Assembly (NCBI GenBank): GCA_963703285.1
Contig: OY969807.1
Location: forward strand, 1,728,001 to 1,792,000
Direction of reading: 5' to 3'
Source of the DNA: an uncultured Nitrososphaerota archaeon
GTDB taxonomy: Archaea > Thermoproteota > Nitrososphaeria > Nitrososphaerales > Gagatemarchaeaceae
DNA length: 64,000 bases
The notes under the pieces were generated by a model that saw only the letters and a program-made list of their open reading frames with translations, searched no databases and had not been told where the DNA came from. This document shows, one piece after another, positions 16,900-27,179 of this stretch. Numbering within the stretch: the first letter of the stretch is position 1; the number at the start of each line of letters is the position of its first letter. A program made the translations under genes and the position numbers.

Positions 16900-17757
16900 C
16901 TACCTTTTCCGGGAGACTCCGCCGAGGAGTTTCCTCCATCGAAGAGAACCATGGTAGGTGGCGAGACGTCGGTGGACGATTCCCGAAGGAACCCCGAGAA
17001 AGGGGACCCTAGAGGCCAAGAGAAGGATGGCGACGAGCAACACGAGCCAGTTGCTGAACAGGAACGCTCCGGCCCGGGCTCCGTCGAACGCCCGCCAGCC
17101 GAGATCGTTCACTCCTCCAGCCCAGAGGGCATCTATCACGTGCCAGGTCATGTCTTCAGGAGCGGAAGACCATAGAGCGAACTCGAAGGCCACGAGAATG
17201 GGAGCGGCGAACAGGGTTATGGAATCCTTGAGGGCGGTCCCGATTCCGCGGCCGGCGCCCAGGGCTGCGAAGCCGAGGGCTGCGAGTGAGAAGAAGAGCG
17301 TAGCCTGTGTCCCAGCGTCCCACGGGACGAATCGCAGGAAGTTCGCAGCATAAATCTCGCGAAGATACGGGTGCTCGGCCAGGCTCCAGCCGTAACCGTT
17401 GTAGCCGCCCAGGACGTCGGCGGTGGCCCAGAACCCGAAGTCGAACAGCCCAATGACCACCGCGAGGACGGCGGTGACCCGCGCCAGCCCCCTGACCTCG
17501 ATTCGCCCCTCCAAGAGGTGAGAGATCCTCGTAAGGCGCTCCGCTAACGACCTCCTGACAGGCTCCCAAACCACGGCCAGGAGCACGAAGGCTCCCACGC
17601 AGACCTCGGTTTCTGCCTGGAAGACGCGCGTGGGAGCCGCCAGCCCCACGGGAGGACGCGCTCCTAGCAGTATCTCGTACGCCACGAGCGAAGCGAGCAG
17701 AAAGCCTGCGGCGAAGACCGACCCGAACCTCAAGCTCATCTTCCACGCGTCCTGCAA
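16900..17757 (-). CDS. multi-pass membrane protein
   Basis: About 6 hydrophobic segments. Confidence 0.7.
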   Translation of the reverse strand: MQDAWKMSLRFGSVFAAGFLLASLVAYEILLGARPPVGLAAPTRVFQAETEVCVGAFVLLAVVWEPVRRSLAERLTRISHLLEGRIEVRGLARVTAVLAVVIGLFDFGFWATADVLGGYNGYGWSLAEHPYLREIYAANFLRFVPWDAGTQATLFFSLAALGFAALGAGRGIGTALKDSITLFAAPILVAFEFALWSSAPEDMTWHVIDALWAGGVNDLGWRAFDGARAGAFLFSNWLVLLVAILLLASRVPFLGVPSGIVHRRLATYHGSLRWRKLLGGVSRKR

Positions 17758-17883
17758 GAGGGAGAATAAACCGTAGGACAGAATTTAAGGTATCTACCCT
17801 TCACCGAGCCTGCAAGACCCGGCCGTCTCGACCGCACTTCGCAACTATGAAATATCAGGCAGGTCCCTCCGGCAGATGGAACA

Positions 17884-18660
17884 ATGCCCAGACTTCTCAC
17901 GGCCGACGAGAGGCAGTCCCTCAGGCAGCACGCGGCGAGGATGGAGCAGGTCGAGAAGGACCAGTCCGGTCTTGTCGAGGTCGGCTGGGCTTGGTACGAG
18001 AAGTCACGGGGAATTGTCGCCTGGGGCTTCCGCAACCTGGACTCGAGCCGGCGCAGCGTGATTCTCTTGAGGAACTCGTACTATTTCGGCGATGCGTACT
18101 GGTCTATCTACAACTCCAACAAGTCCTTCAGGTCATCCTTCCTCTACGGAGGAATCTCACCACCGCCCCTCTCCGAGCGGTCCGTCCCGCAGAACGCCCC
18201 TCCCCTCGGGCTCGTGCAGTTCGCAGACTTCCAGCGGACGCTCGTCTGTTTCGTCTTCACGCTCTCGCCAGGGCAGGCGTGGGCGATGCTGGAAGGGGAC
18301 TTCAGCCGGTACTCGCCCCCAACAGGGCTGGCGGTCTACGGCGCTACGCCCCTCTCGGGCGGCGACTTCTGCATCGGCTATGACCCGCAGGCCGTCAGGG
18401 ACTGGGACGACCAGACGTCCACGCGCCTGAGTGGCTACTCGCCGAACCCCTCGACGTTCAACACGTGGCTCTTCCAGGCCGAGGGGATCGCAACCTACCA
18501 GAAGCTCTTCTCGGGCGACTCGGTGATTGCGGGCGGGTGCACCCCCGAGGCGCAGATGCAGATGCAGCCGCCAGCCGAGCAGAGGGCGTCCTCGCAGGAT
18601 ACGAACGGGCTCTTCCCTCCGGTGTTCCCCGACGTCCTGCTGCCGCCCCTCAACCCCTAG
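17884..18660 (+). CDS. hypothetical protein
   Basis: 258-aa ORF with strong GC3 bias; no recognised motif. Confidence 0.75.
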   Translation: MPRLLTADERQSLRQHAARMEQVEKDQSGLVEVGWAWYEKSRGIVAWGFRNLDSSRRSVILLRNSYYFGDAYWSIYNSNKSFRSSFLYGGISPPPLSERSVPQNAPPLGLVQFADFQRTLVCFVFTLSPGQAWAMLEGDFSRYSPPTGLAVYGATPLSGGDFCIGYDPQAVRDWDDQTSTRLSGYSPNPSTFNTWLFQAEGIATYQKLFSGDSVIAGGCTPEAQMQMQPPAEQRASSQDTNGLFPPVFPDVLLPPLNP

Positions 18661-18719
18661 CGCGCCCTCAATGCCACGGGCCTAACGTTTACCTTGTGCG
18701 CGGAGCTACCTCGTGATGC

Positions 18720-19688
18720 TTGCCCCGACGCACCTGGCGGCTGTCCCATCAGGAGCGCTTCAGAATCCTCCCTGTCCCGCCCTACAACTTCGAGCTCACT
18801 GTCAGGAACCCCGCAGGGTGGGAGCTCTTCACCTCAGACGAGGTCTACGAGCGGGGGACCCTCTGGACGGGAATCCGGTTCGGGCGAAGGCTCATCGGTC
18901 TGCGGATCAGGTCCTCAGGCATGATAGACGCGCCGCGCTTGGATGTCTCCGCGTACACCAAGGAGAAGCTCCCGGGGGACGCCGTCGAGAGGCTCTCCGA
19001 GCTCGTCTCTCGCTCTCTCGGCGCGCACCAGGTCCTGACAGGGTTCTACGAGTTCGCCCGTCGCGACCCGATACTGAAGCATGTGGTGAAGGACCTCTAC
19101 GGGATGCACGACACCCAGAGCGTCTCTCTGTTCAACTCTGTCGTCCTGAGCATCTGCCTCCAGATGGCGAGGCTGAAGAGGTCCGACGAGATGATGGAAG
19201 CGATAGACAGGGAGTACGGGGAGACGATAGAGTTCGACGGGAGACGGATTCCCCTGAACCCCACCGCGGAGACCGTGGCGAAGCTCGACCCGAAGGTCTT
19301 CGCCCAGAGGTGCAAGCTCGGGTACAGGGCCAAGTATCTCGTCGCCTCGGCGAAGATGATCGCCGGAGCCTTCCCGACCATGCAGGAGATACACCGGATG
19401 CAGCCCGCCGAGGCGAGGGAGAAGCTGATGGAGCTCCCAGGGGTCGGGGACTACGCCGCAGACATCATCAACCCGCACGGAGGCTTCCCGATTGACGCGT
19501 GGTCGGTCGACGTCTTCGGTCTCCTCTTCTTCGGGAAGGAGCCCAAGGACAGGAGGGAGGCGATAGAGAAGGTCAAGGAGGAGGGGATCAAGCGGTGGGG
19601 CCAGTGGAGCTGGATGGCCTTCTTTTACGTCGCGCAGGACCTCAGGAACCTCTCAAAGAGGCTCGGCATCGAGTTGCGGCTGGAGTGA
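18720..19688 (+). CDS. HhH-GPD DNA glycosylase (AlkA/Ogg1-like)
   Basis: KLGYRAKY, LMELPGVGDYAAD, FPIDAW. Confidence 0.9.
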   Translation: MPRRTWRLSHQERFRILPVPPYNFELTVRNPAGWELFTSDEVYERGTLWTGIRFGRRLIGLRIRSSGMIDAPRLDVSAYTKEKLPGDAVERLSELVSRSLGAHQVLTGFYEFARRDPILKHVVKDLYGMHDTQSVSLFNSVVLSICLQMARLKRSDEMMEAIDREYGETIEFDGRRIPLNPTAETVAKLDPKVFAQRCKLGYRAKYLVASAKMIAGAFPTMQEIHRMQPAEAREKLMELPGVGDYAADIINPHGGFPIDAWSVDVFGLLFFGKEPKDRREAIEKVKEEGIKRWGQWSWMAFFYVAQDLRNLSKRLGIELRLE

Positions 19689-19690
19689 GA

Positions 19691-20254
19691 CTAGGCGACC
19701 GGCTCTATCCTCGAGCTGATGGGCCGGAAGCTCTCCGGGACCTGTAGCTCCTGCGTGCTGTGGATGCAGAACTGGGGCGAGGGGCCGAGCACGAGCTGGC
19801 GCCTCCAGAGGAGCGCCTTCCTTTCCCCGACCACCTTCGCGACTTCCTCGTAGTACGATTGGTAGGATGGCCCGATCGGCTTCTCGGCCCACGTGGCAAC
19901 CCGGGCCTCACGGAGGTTGAGGTCTCCCTGTACCGACCTGAGCACTCCTCCCGCCCCCTTCATGTAGTCCTTCGCTATCGCGTCGTGAGGCGTGCGCGTG
20001 TCCCCTTCGACGGCCGCGTCGTTGAGCGCACCCAGCGCGGCGAAGTTCTCCACCAAGTACCAGTCCTCGTACACGATTCCCTGTCTGGGGCTCCAGGGCA
20101 GGGCTTGGACCCTGAAGCTCAGGGCATCGACTAGCCCTGCAGGTCTCTGCGAGCTAAGGGAGCGGAGGAAGTCGGCCAGCTTCTTCTCGTAGATGTCCGC
20201 CGTTATCTCGGGGCGAGACTGATGCCAGAACACGTAGGCGAGGAGGTTGGGCAT
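19691..20254 (-). CDS. hypothetical protein (dimeric alpha-beta barrel-like)
   Basis: [24 protein letters not shown] conserved-looking motifs. Confidence 0.7.
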   Translation of the reverse strand: MPNLLAYVFWHQSRPEITADIYEKKLADFLRSLSSQRPAGLVDALSFRVQALPWSPRQGIVYEDWYLVENFAALGALNDAAVEGDTRTPHDAIAKDYMKGAGGVLRSVQGDLNLREARVATWAEKPIGPSYQSYYEEVAKVVGERKALLWRRQLVLGPSPQFCIHSTQELQVPESFRPISSRIEPVA

Positions 20255-20288
20255 GGCGGCTCTTCAGCTTCTTCGGTAATAATGCGTT

Positions 20289-21539
20289 TTGTCGGAATCG
20301 CGTGGGGGCAATACGCTTTATTATCTCTCGGTGTCGCTCGGCCAGAGCTTGCCGTACCTACTTCCCCGTGGGCTGACCTCGAAGGGGCAGCTAGCGTTGA
20401 TTCTCGCCTTCGGCGACCTCTCTTACCTCGAGGCACGTACTGTATTACCCGAGAGGCTGTCGAGTTCCACGCGGCCCTGGGAGGACATCGCCCTGCTGCA
20501 GGTCAAGGATGGGGGAGGTTACGAGAGCCTCGCCGGAGTCCACAAGGTGGCGGTCTCGATCGCGCCGAGCCTGCGCGCCCGGCTGGATGACATCAAGGAG
20601 CTGGACGAATTCCTCGGCTGGTTCGAAGACGGCCTCAGCTTCTCGGTCAGCTTCTACTCTCCGGAGCCCACAGGGAAGGAGGAGTATGAGGAGGTCCTGG
20701 CTATCTTCCTCAAGGCCGTCAGGGACGCTGGTCTAAGGAAGGCCAACCTCGTGAGGCCGCGGAACGGCACGGAGGTCCTGTCGAGAGAGATATCCTCCCG
20801 GAGGATAGTCGACTTCGTCGTAATCAGAGTCGGTGAGAAGTTCTGGGTGGGCGCCACCGCGTTCGTGCCTGACGTCCAGCAGTTCCAGGTGAGGTCAAAC
20901 GAGAGGCCTGTGGTGAGCTCGCAGATCTCCATCCCGTCAAGGCTGGCGAGGTTGCTCCTCAACCTGAGCGGAGCGAAGAAGGGTGACGTGTTGCTCGACC
21001 CCTTCTGCGGGTCCGGGACGATACTCTCGGAAGCTCTCGTGTCGGGCGTGAGCTGCATCGGGGTCGACTGGGACAGGGACAGGATCGAGAACAGCAGGCA
21101 GAACCTGGAGTGGCTATCGAAGAAGACGAAATCACCGGTCCAGTATTCGTTGAAGGTGGGAGACTCGACGAGGCTCGAGAAGGTCCTGGGTGACGTTCGT
21201 GTCGACGCAATCGTGACAGAGCCCATCCTCCTCCCGAGAATCGACGCCGCCCCCACCGAGAGCAGGGCAAAGAAGCTCATCCGCAACTCGAGCAGGCTCT
21301 ACTCAGAAGCGCTCTATTCGATGGCCGCGGTTGTGCGCAAAGGAGGGAGGGTCGTCATAGTCACTCCTTCGCTGAGAACGCTCGGGGGGGAGGAGGTCTC
21401 GGTTCTCCTCGAGAACGAGCGCGAGGCAGGACTGAGGCAGTATCAACCCGCCCACGGGAGGCAGGAGTACCCGGTTAGGATCGCACACGAGAGCACGCGA
21501 TGGGTGGGGCGTCTGGTCTACGTCTTTGAGCGCGTCTGA
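20289..21539 (+). CDS. Trm11-like tRNA (guanine-N2) methyltransferase
   Basis: RLARLLLNL, LLDPFCGSGTIL, DAIVTEP. Confidence 0.8.
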   Translation: MSESRGGNTLYYLSVSLGQSLPYLLPRGLTSKGQLALILAFGDLSYLEARTVLPERLSSSTRPWEDIALLQVKDGGGYESLAGVHKVAVSIAPSLRARLDDIKELDEFLGWFEDGLSFSVSFYSPEPTGKEEYEEVLAIFLKAVRDAGLRKANLVRPRNGTEVLSREISSRRIVDFVVIRVGEKFWVGATAFVPDVQQFQVRSNERPVVSSQISIPSRLARLLLNLSGAKKGDVLLDPFCGSGTILSEALVSGVSCIGVDWDRDRIENSRQNLEWLSKKTKSPVQYSLKVGDSTRLEKVLGDVRVDAIVTEPILLPRIDAAPTESRAKKLIRNSSRLYSEALYSMAAVVRKGGRVVIVTPSLRTLGGEEVSVLLENEREAGLRQYQPAHGRQEYPVRIAHESTRWVGRLVYVFERV

Positions 21540-22237
21540 TGGGGCTTCTCCGGTATCGCCTTCGTCGCCTTCCGCATCAGGGAGATCAGCAGGCCGAGCT
21601 CCTTTCCGTCCAGCTGCGAGCGAAGCGCCATCCTTCTTGCGAGTCTCCTGAGCCTCTGCGCGCGGTGCTCCTGGACGCCTGCCGCGATGGCGAGCTCGTA
21701 CGCATACGTCGCGAACGCGTCCCGCTCACCCGTGCTGGGAATCTTCCTCCTCTCCATCCCTGATCTGGAGAGCACGTAGAGCAGTACGCCCACTGAGTGG
21801 CTGACATTGAGCGTCCTGTAGCCGGTCCCGGTTGTCAAGCTGGTCACGATGTCGCATCTGGCCAGCTCGTCGTTTCTCAGCCCCGTGGTGTCCCTTCCGA
21901 ACACCAGGGAAGCAGACCTCGAGGACGAAACGTAACCCGCCATCTCCTCCGGAGGCACCGTGAGCCTGTTCACGTTGGCCCTCTTCAGGGCCGCCACCGC
22001 GGTGGTCGCGACCAGGAGGTCGTGCCGACTTCTCAGCTCTTCGAAGCCTATCTCCTCGGCGTCCTCCAGCACGTCGGCCGCGTGGGCAGCGTAGACCGAC
22101 GCGACCCTGCGGTCGAAGTTCGGCTCGATCAGGTAAAGCTTCCGCGCGCCGAAGTTCTTGACCAACCTCGCGGTGTAGCCGACGTTGACCGGGAATTCCG
22201 GGCCGACCAGTGTGACAGTGACCTTCCCGAGCCTCAA
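21518..22237 (-). CDS. trmJ: TrmJ/LasT SPOUT tRNA methyltransferase
   Basis: NVGYTARLVKNFG, LVFGRDTTGL, YRTLNVSHSV. Confidence 0.9.
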   Translation of the reverse strand: MRLGKVTVTLVGPEFPVNVGYTARLVKNFGARKLYLIEPNFDRRVASVYAAHAADVLEDAEEIGFEELRSRHDLLVATTAVAALKRANVNRLTVPPEEMAGYVSSSRSASLVFGRDTTGLRNDELARCDIVTSLTTGTGYRTLNVSHSVGVLLYVLSRSGMERRKIPSTGERDAFATYAYELAIAAGVQEHRAQRLRRLARRMALRSQLDGKELGLLISLMRKATKAIPEKPHQTRSKT

Positions 22238-23037
22238 GCTCCCCCGGGCAGACCCCCGCTTCCTGATATGACCTTTTCACGGGTCGCCACCCGCTCCAGC
22301 ACGGCCCGGAAGTCCGAGGGGGAGAGGTCCTGGACCCTCGTAGAGAGGCGCCCTGCGTCCAGATTTTTGAACCCGAGGTGCAGCTGTTTGAGCGCGCTTA
22401 CAAGCTTCCTCCTCCTCTGGGAGAAGAGCTTCTTCACGAGCCCGATTTCCCCCGGGGAGAGAGTGCTCCTGGGCGTCATGACGACGACTACCGACGAGAC
22501 CCTGGGCTGAGGGACGAAGCATCCCCTGGGAACGAGGAGGTCCGGCCTGACCTCGGCCGAGAGTTGCGAGATCACCGATATCGCCCTATAGGCATCCTGT
22601 CCCGGCTTGGTGAGCAGTTTGTCGACGAAGTCCCTCTGCAACAGGACGACCGCCCTTTCATAGCGGTGCCTGCTCAACCATTCGACGAATCGGGAAGACT
22701 CCGAGTACGGGAGGCTGGAAACCAGTATGTCGAACTCTCTGGATTCCGCGAACGCATCTCCGAGGTGGAGCTCGACGCCGTCCAGGCCCGACTCCCTCGT
22801 CACAAGATAGTTACCCTCGTCGAGCTCGAACGCCTCGAGGTGGTCCGACAACCCCGCCAGCCTGGCAGTGAGCGCGCCCCTCCCCGTCCCAATCTCCAGG
22901 ACCCTGTGTCTCCGTTCAATCGCTGCGAGGTCGACCATCCTCTCGGCCACGGAAGAGTCGGTCAGGTAGTGCTGTCCTAGCGCCCTCCTCTTCCCTAGTC
23001 TTCTATGGGGCATCGTCCAGACTGCCTTTGGTGTCAC
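22234..23037 (-). CDS. rsmA: 16S rRNA adenine dimethyltransferase KsgA/Dim1
   Basis: LGQHYL, VLEIGTGRGALT, SSLPY; conserved operon position. Confidence 0.95.
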   Translation of the reverse strand: MTPKAVWTMPHRRLGKRRALGQHYLTDSSVAERMVDLAAIERRHRVLEIGTGRGALTARLAGLSDHLEAFELDEGNYLVTRESGLDGVELHLGDAFAESREFDILVSSLPYSESSRFVEWLSRHRYERAVVLLQRDFVDKLLTKPGQDAYRAISVISQLSAEVRPDLLVPRGCFVPQPRVSSVVVVMTPRSTLSPGEIGLVKKLFSQRRRKLVSALKQLHLGFKNLDAGRLSTRVQDLSPSDFRAVLERVATREKVISGSGGLPGGA

Positions 23038-23591
23038 TTCTTGACGAAGATGTTTATCCTCGAATCACCGGAGATCTCCTCCGTGATTCTCTTCGCTATC
23101 AGCTTGGCGGGGTCCCTCAGCCCCACCCGTTCCTGGACATCCTCGAACGAGGTGAACGGCTTCCTCTCCCGAAGGTCGACTATGGTCTTCATGAAGGTCT
23201 TGCCTATCCCTGGGATGAGCTCGAGCCCGTGGAGCCGCGGCGTAAGCGGCTGCAGCTCGTTGAAGTAGGCCACGTACTTCGCCTCGTTGTTCTTGACTAT
23301 CTCCTCGCAGACGCTCGGCAGCTGGAGCTTGGCATCCTGCGTAAGCTCCTCGTAGGAAAGCTTCCCGAGGACGCTCAGTATCTTGTCACGGCCCTCCCTC
23401 CCTATCCTGAGCCGCTCGCCTTGCTCGAAGTCCTGTTCATCCCCCGCAAGCAGCTCCAAGAGGGTGAGCCTCTCCTCCCCGATAGCCTGAACAATCGACC
23501 CCTCCCTGCCCTTTATCACGACGGACTTCCCTCCGGGAAGGAAATCGAGGACGTACGCGAATTCCTCATACCTCTTCTCGTTCGAGAGCAT
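23034..23591 (-). CDS. DUF655 putative nucleic-acid-binding protein
   Basis: YEEFAYVLDF, QAIGE, RLHGLELIPGIGK; conserved rpo4-DUF655-ksgA order. Confidence 0.95.
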   Translation of the reverse strand: MLSNEKRYEEFAYVLDFLPGGKSVVIKGREGSIVQAIGEERLTLLELLAGDEQDFEQGERLRIGREGRDKILSVLGKLSYEELTQDAKLQLPSVCEEIVKNNEAKYVAYFNELQPLTPRLHGLELIPGIGKTFMKTIVDLRERKPFTSFEDVQERVGLRDPAKLIAKRITEEISGDSRINIFVKK

Positions 23592-23763
23592 CTCTCGGGC
23601 ACCTCTCCTCTTTATCTCGTCAGACTCGCGCAGTAGCCTGGAGGACTCATGCGCGAGCGGGAACTCGTGAGCATGCCGTTCGAACCAGTGGGATTTGTAC
23701 GACGCCTTGCTATATAATCTTAATCCAGCCGGCGGGGCGTCTCCCGCGCGGGCGGAAGCGCCA

Positions 23764-24096
23764 TCAGCTTTCCTTGGCAGACTTCAGAATCTTCAACATC
23801 TTCTCGAGAATCTCAGTCGGAAGGAGCTTCCTCCATCCGGCCGTGAACGTCCGCAGCTCCTCTATCGACTTGGGCATGATGTTGATGACCTCGACCGCCT
23901 CCTCCGTGCTGAGGCCGCACTCGGACTCGAGCTGCTTGCGCAGCTTCTTCGCGCTCTCCACGGTGATTTTCGAGAACTTTGACGTGTAGTCCAGCGTCCG
24001 CTTCTGTATCTGATCGGCCTTCTCCACGTCGATTTTCTCGAGGATCTGGTGAGCTTCACTGAGCGTGAGTATCTTCTTCTCGCGTACCTCCGACAT
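23764..24096 (-). CDS. rpo4: RNA polymerase subunit Rpo4 (RpoF)
   Basis: QKRTLDYTSKFSK, INIMPKSIEELR. Confidence 0.95.
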   Translation of the reverse strand: MSEVREKKILTLSEAHQILEKIDVEKADQIQKRTLDYTSKFSKITVESAKKLRKQLESECGLSTEEAVEVINIMPKSIEELRTFTAGWRKLLPTEILEKMLKILKSAKES

Positions 24097-24380
24097 CAGG
24101 ACGCCTCCAAAGGTGCGATGTGGTCCTTCCTCGCGACGACCGACTTCACCTTGTCGCCCACCGGGACCTCAACCCTCAGTCCCCTGGCCCCTACCTCAGT
24201 GACGACCCCGACGAGGCCGTTGAACCTGCGGTGTGGCATCCCCTTGACCTGCGCCGAGTCTATCTTAATCACTACCTTCTGTCCGATGGAGTAGTCCCTG
24301 AGAATACGGCTCAAACCGCCCAGATTCTTCTTCTTCAGCAGAGCCCTCGTCCGCCTGCGGTACCCCTTAGATCTTCCCAA
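24096..24380 (-). CDS. rpl21e: 50S ribosomal protein L21e
   Basis: SKGYRRRTR, KGMPHRRFNG. Confidence 0.97.
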   Translation of the reverse strand: MGRSKGYRRRTRALLKKKNLGGLSRILRDYSIGQKVVIKIDSAQVKGMPHRRFNGLVGVVTEVGARGLRVEVPVGDKVKSVVARKDHIAPLEAS

Positions 24381-24620
24381 ACTCTACAATCAACTCGTCA
24401 GAGAAAGGGCTCCTGTTTTCCATCTTCATTAAAGCTTTTCCCGAAGAGCGCGAAACAGGCTGCCAAACGGAGACAGTTCTGAAACTCGAGACTGGACACC
24501 TCCGCGGCGCCCATCTAGTCTTACGCCGTTCCTTTTTTGTCGGACTACGAGAATCCTGTCGAGAAAGAGACTCCAAAATTGACAAACCGAGAAGAATCCT
24601 TCCTCGATTCGCCAACACAG

Positions 24621-25709
24621 TCAGAATTTGAGCTTCCCTGACTCCCAAACCCTGAGTATATCAAATCTTCGGCAGTCGAGGGGCGTCTTAAGGAGTTCGG
24701 CGAGCGAGAGCGAGACGGAGCCACCGCTCACCAGCCGCTTGACCGGGAGACCTCCGTCGAGCTTAATCTCAGCCACCAAGCCCGCCCCCCTCCTCTTGAC
24801 GCTCGCCGAATACACCTGCTTGTAGACGGTCTTCCCCTTGCTGTTCCTGAACTGAATCGACGAGGCCCTCAGCGCCTTCGACAGACCCGCCGGAATCGTC
24901 TCCACGCGTCCCTCCGGCTGGATGAAAGCTCTCGTCTTGAACGTGAACGAAGGGATCGACTTCGGTCTGCCTCTGAGGACCTTCAGTCCGACGACGTTCA
25001 TGATACCCTTGCCCGTCCTCGCCGAGATGCTCGAAGGCACTTCGCGTCTTCTCGCACCCTTGACCTCGGCTATGAAGGGGCGCCCCGGCGGGAAGACCCG
25101 GCTGGCAGGGTCCTCGCTCCCGAGCCAGGTGAACTTGGCCTTGGTCGAAAGGAGGACCCTCCCGAGCCTCTCCTCAAGGACCTCCTCCACGCTGACGTCC
25201 TTGCTGTACCCGGACTTGCATTCTCCGCAGCCCCTCCCGCCGCACTTCCCGCAGAGCTCCCTCCTCTGGGACACCCCTGGCGGCTTGGTGTACCTCCCAT
25301 ACACGAAGATCGACCTTGGCGTCACCTGGACCGAGCCCTGCTCGAGGTCGACCAGAATCGTGGCCTCGGGATGGTGGTGGTCGACCCTCCTCTTCGTCTC
25401 CCTCGCGATGGCCTCGGAGATGTCCCTCCCCAGCTGGGACTTGATGGTCTCCCTCCCGCGTATCTTGAGATCAGACCTCAACTGGTCCTCCCTCTCCTGT
25501 ATCCCCCTTGGGATGATGACGCCGATGGAAAACGTCCTGAAGTCATAGCGCCTCGCGCGCCCGACGACGCTCCGCTCTATCCTCGGGAAGCGCGACGTCA
25601 AGCCGCCGCAGATGAAGCAGTCCCTGCTCTGGACTACGTCGAAGTTTGCCCGGTCACCCTGTCTCGCGGCGCACGTATCGCAGAGCGGGAACTTCCCTCT
25701 ATCCGCCAA
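24621..25709 (-). CDS. pus10: tRNA pseudouridine synthase Pus10 (thaumarchaeal type)
   Basis: N-terminal CxxC..CxxC, YGRYTK, GSED, GRPF, DGGLPVKRLVSG; upstream of rpl21e. Confidence 0.9.
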   Translation of the reverse strand: MADRGKFPLCDTCAARQGDRANFDVVQSRDCFICGGLTSRFPRIERSVVGRARRYDFRTFSIGVIIPRGIQEREDQLRSDLKIRGRETIKSQLGRDISEAIARETKRRVDHHHPEATILVDLEQGSVQVTPRSIFVYGRYTKPPGVSQRRELCGKCGGRGCGECKSGYSKDVSVEEVLEERLGRVLLSTKAKFTWLGSEDPASRVFPPGRPFIAEVKGARRREVPSSISARTGKGIMNVVGLKVLRGRPKSIPSFTFKTRAFIQPEGRVETIPAGLSKALRASSIQFRNSKGKTVYKQVYSASVKRRGAGLVAEIKLDGGLPVKRLVSGGSVSLSLAELLKTPLDCRRFDILRVWESGKLKF

Positions 25710-27042
25710 GGGCTCCCTGCCCCCCGGCCCTTCTCAGCATCTGCCTGAACTCGCGCCCCTTGCTCGCCTTCATCAGGGTCTTGGTCTGCCTGTACTTTCC
25801 GAGGAGCTCCCTGACCTCCTTCTCGGACCTGCCGGAGCCCCTGGCGATGCGCTTTATCCTTACGCCGTTGAGCATCTCCGGGGTCTCCCTCTCCGCCTTG
25901 GCCATCGACTGGATGATGGACTTCCATGTCTTCATGTCCCTCTCCGCCTTCTCGAGGTCTTCGGCCTTCATGTTCCCCGCCAGTCCGGGTATCAGCTCCA
26001 GGATCTTCTTCAGGGAGCCCATCTTGTTGACCTGCTCGAACTGGAAGAGGAAGTCGTCCATGGTGAGCTTGCCCGAGGTCATCCGCTGGACCCTCTTCTC
26101 GTCGATCTCCGTCTCGAGCTGTTTGGCCATGTCGAGGAGGGACTGCAGGTCTCCCATCCCCAACAGCCGCCCCACGAAGCGCGTGGACGAGAACTCCTCC
26201 AGGTCGTCCACCCTCTCACCGGTCCCTATGTAGTAGATTTTGGCGCCGGTGGCCGCGACGGCGGCCAGCGCTCCGCCTCCCTTCGCCGCGCCGTCGAGCT
26301 TGGTGATGACGATCCCGCCCACCGGGGACGCCTTGTGGAAGGCCATCGCCTGGTTGTAGCACTGCTGGCCGATCGTCCCGTCGACCACGAGGAGGTTGAT
26401 GTCGGGCTTGACCTTCGAGGTGATGTTGTTCATCTCTTCCAGAAGGCTCTTCTCTTCCTTGTGCCGGCCGGCCGTGTCGATTATGATGAGGTTCTTGGAC
26501 TGCTCGAAGAAGCGCTTCCCGGCCTCGGCGACCTTGACCGAGTCCTTCTGCTTCTCGTCGCTGTAGACCTCTACTCCGACGCGCTCCGCCAGAGTCTTCA
26601 GCTGCGTGACCGCGCCCGGACGGAAGGTGTCCGCGGCCACCACGCCCACCTTGAAGCCCTTCTTCGTGTAGAACCTCGCGAGCTTCGAGACGGTGGTGGT
26701 CTTCCCCGAGCCTTGGACCCCCAGCATCACGATGACGTTCGTCCTGCCCTTGTCGAGCTTGAGTTCCTTCGTTCCGCCCAGCATCTTGTCGAGCTCCTCG
26801 TAGAGTATCTTGACGATTTGGTCCTTTCGCGTCATCCCTCCGAGCGGCTTCTCCTCGAGAGCCCTCTTCTGGACGCTCTCGGTCACCGACAGCACGAGCC
26901 TGACGTTGACGTCGGCTTGAATCAAGGCGCGCTGAAGATCACGGATAAAATCCTTGATTGCGGCTTCGTCGACCACGCCCGATTTCAGCAACTTCTGTAC
27001 GGCGTTGCGAAGTCCATCCCGAAGCGAATCGAGCATTTTCAA
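25699..27042 (-). CDS. srp54: signal recognition particle protein SRP54
   Basis: GVQGSGKTTT, DTAGRH, TKLDG, RLLGMGD, RIARGSG. Confidence 0.98.
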   Translation of the reverse strand: MKMLDSLRDGLRNAVQKLLKSGVVDEAAIKDFIRDLQRALIQADVNVRLVLSVTESVQKRALEEKPLGGMTRKDQIVKILYEELDKMLGGTKELKLDKGRTNVIVMLGVQGSGKTTTVSKLARFYTKKGFKVGVVAADTFRPGAVTQLKTLAERVGVEVYSDEKQKDSVKVAEAGKRFFEQSKNLIIIDTAGRHKEEKSLLEEMNNITSKVKPDINLLVVDGTIGQQCYNQAMAFHKASPVGGIVITKLDGAAKGGGALAAVAATGAKIYYIGTGERVDDLEEFSSTRFVGRLLGMGDLQSLLDMAKQLETEIDEKRVQRMTSGKLTMDDFLFQFEQVNKMGSLKKILELIPGLAGNMKAEDLEKAERDMKTWKSIIQSMAKAERETPEMLNGVRIKRIARGSGRSEKEVRELLGKYRQTKTLMKASKGREFRQMLRRAGGQGALGG

Positions 27043-27179
27043 AGGCGGCGGGATTCCGCCTGTTATTTAGTTATTCGAGTCTACCCGCATGACTGGGACT
27101 CTCCAGATTCGTCCCGTTAGGCGAGATTCCCTTCTTCAACAGAACCATTAAGAGAGTTGCAACTATCCCAACTCTCAGT

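Noticed and set aside
25612-27120. Long antisense or alternate-frame ORFs (502 aa here; also 1345-2403, 29156-29992, 38396-39358, 50256-51320)
   Set aside because: Shadows of GC3-rich genes or a tRNA, with no protein motifs
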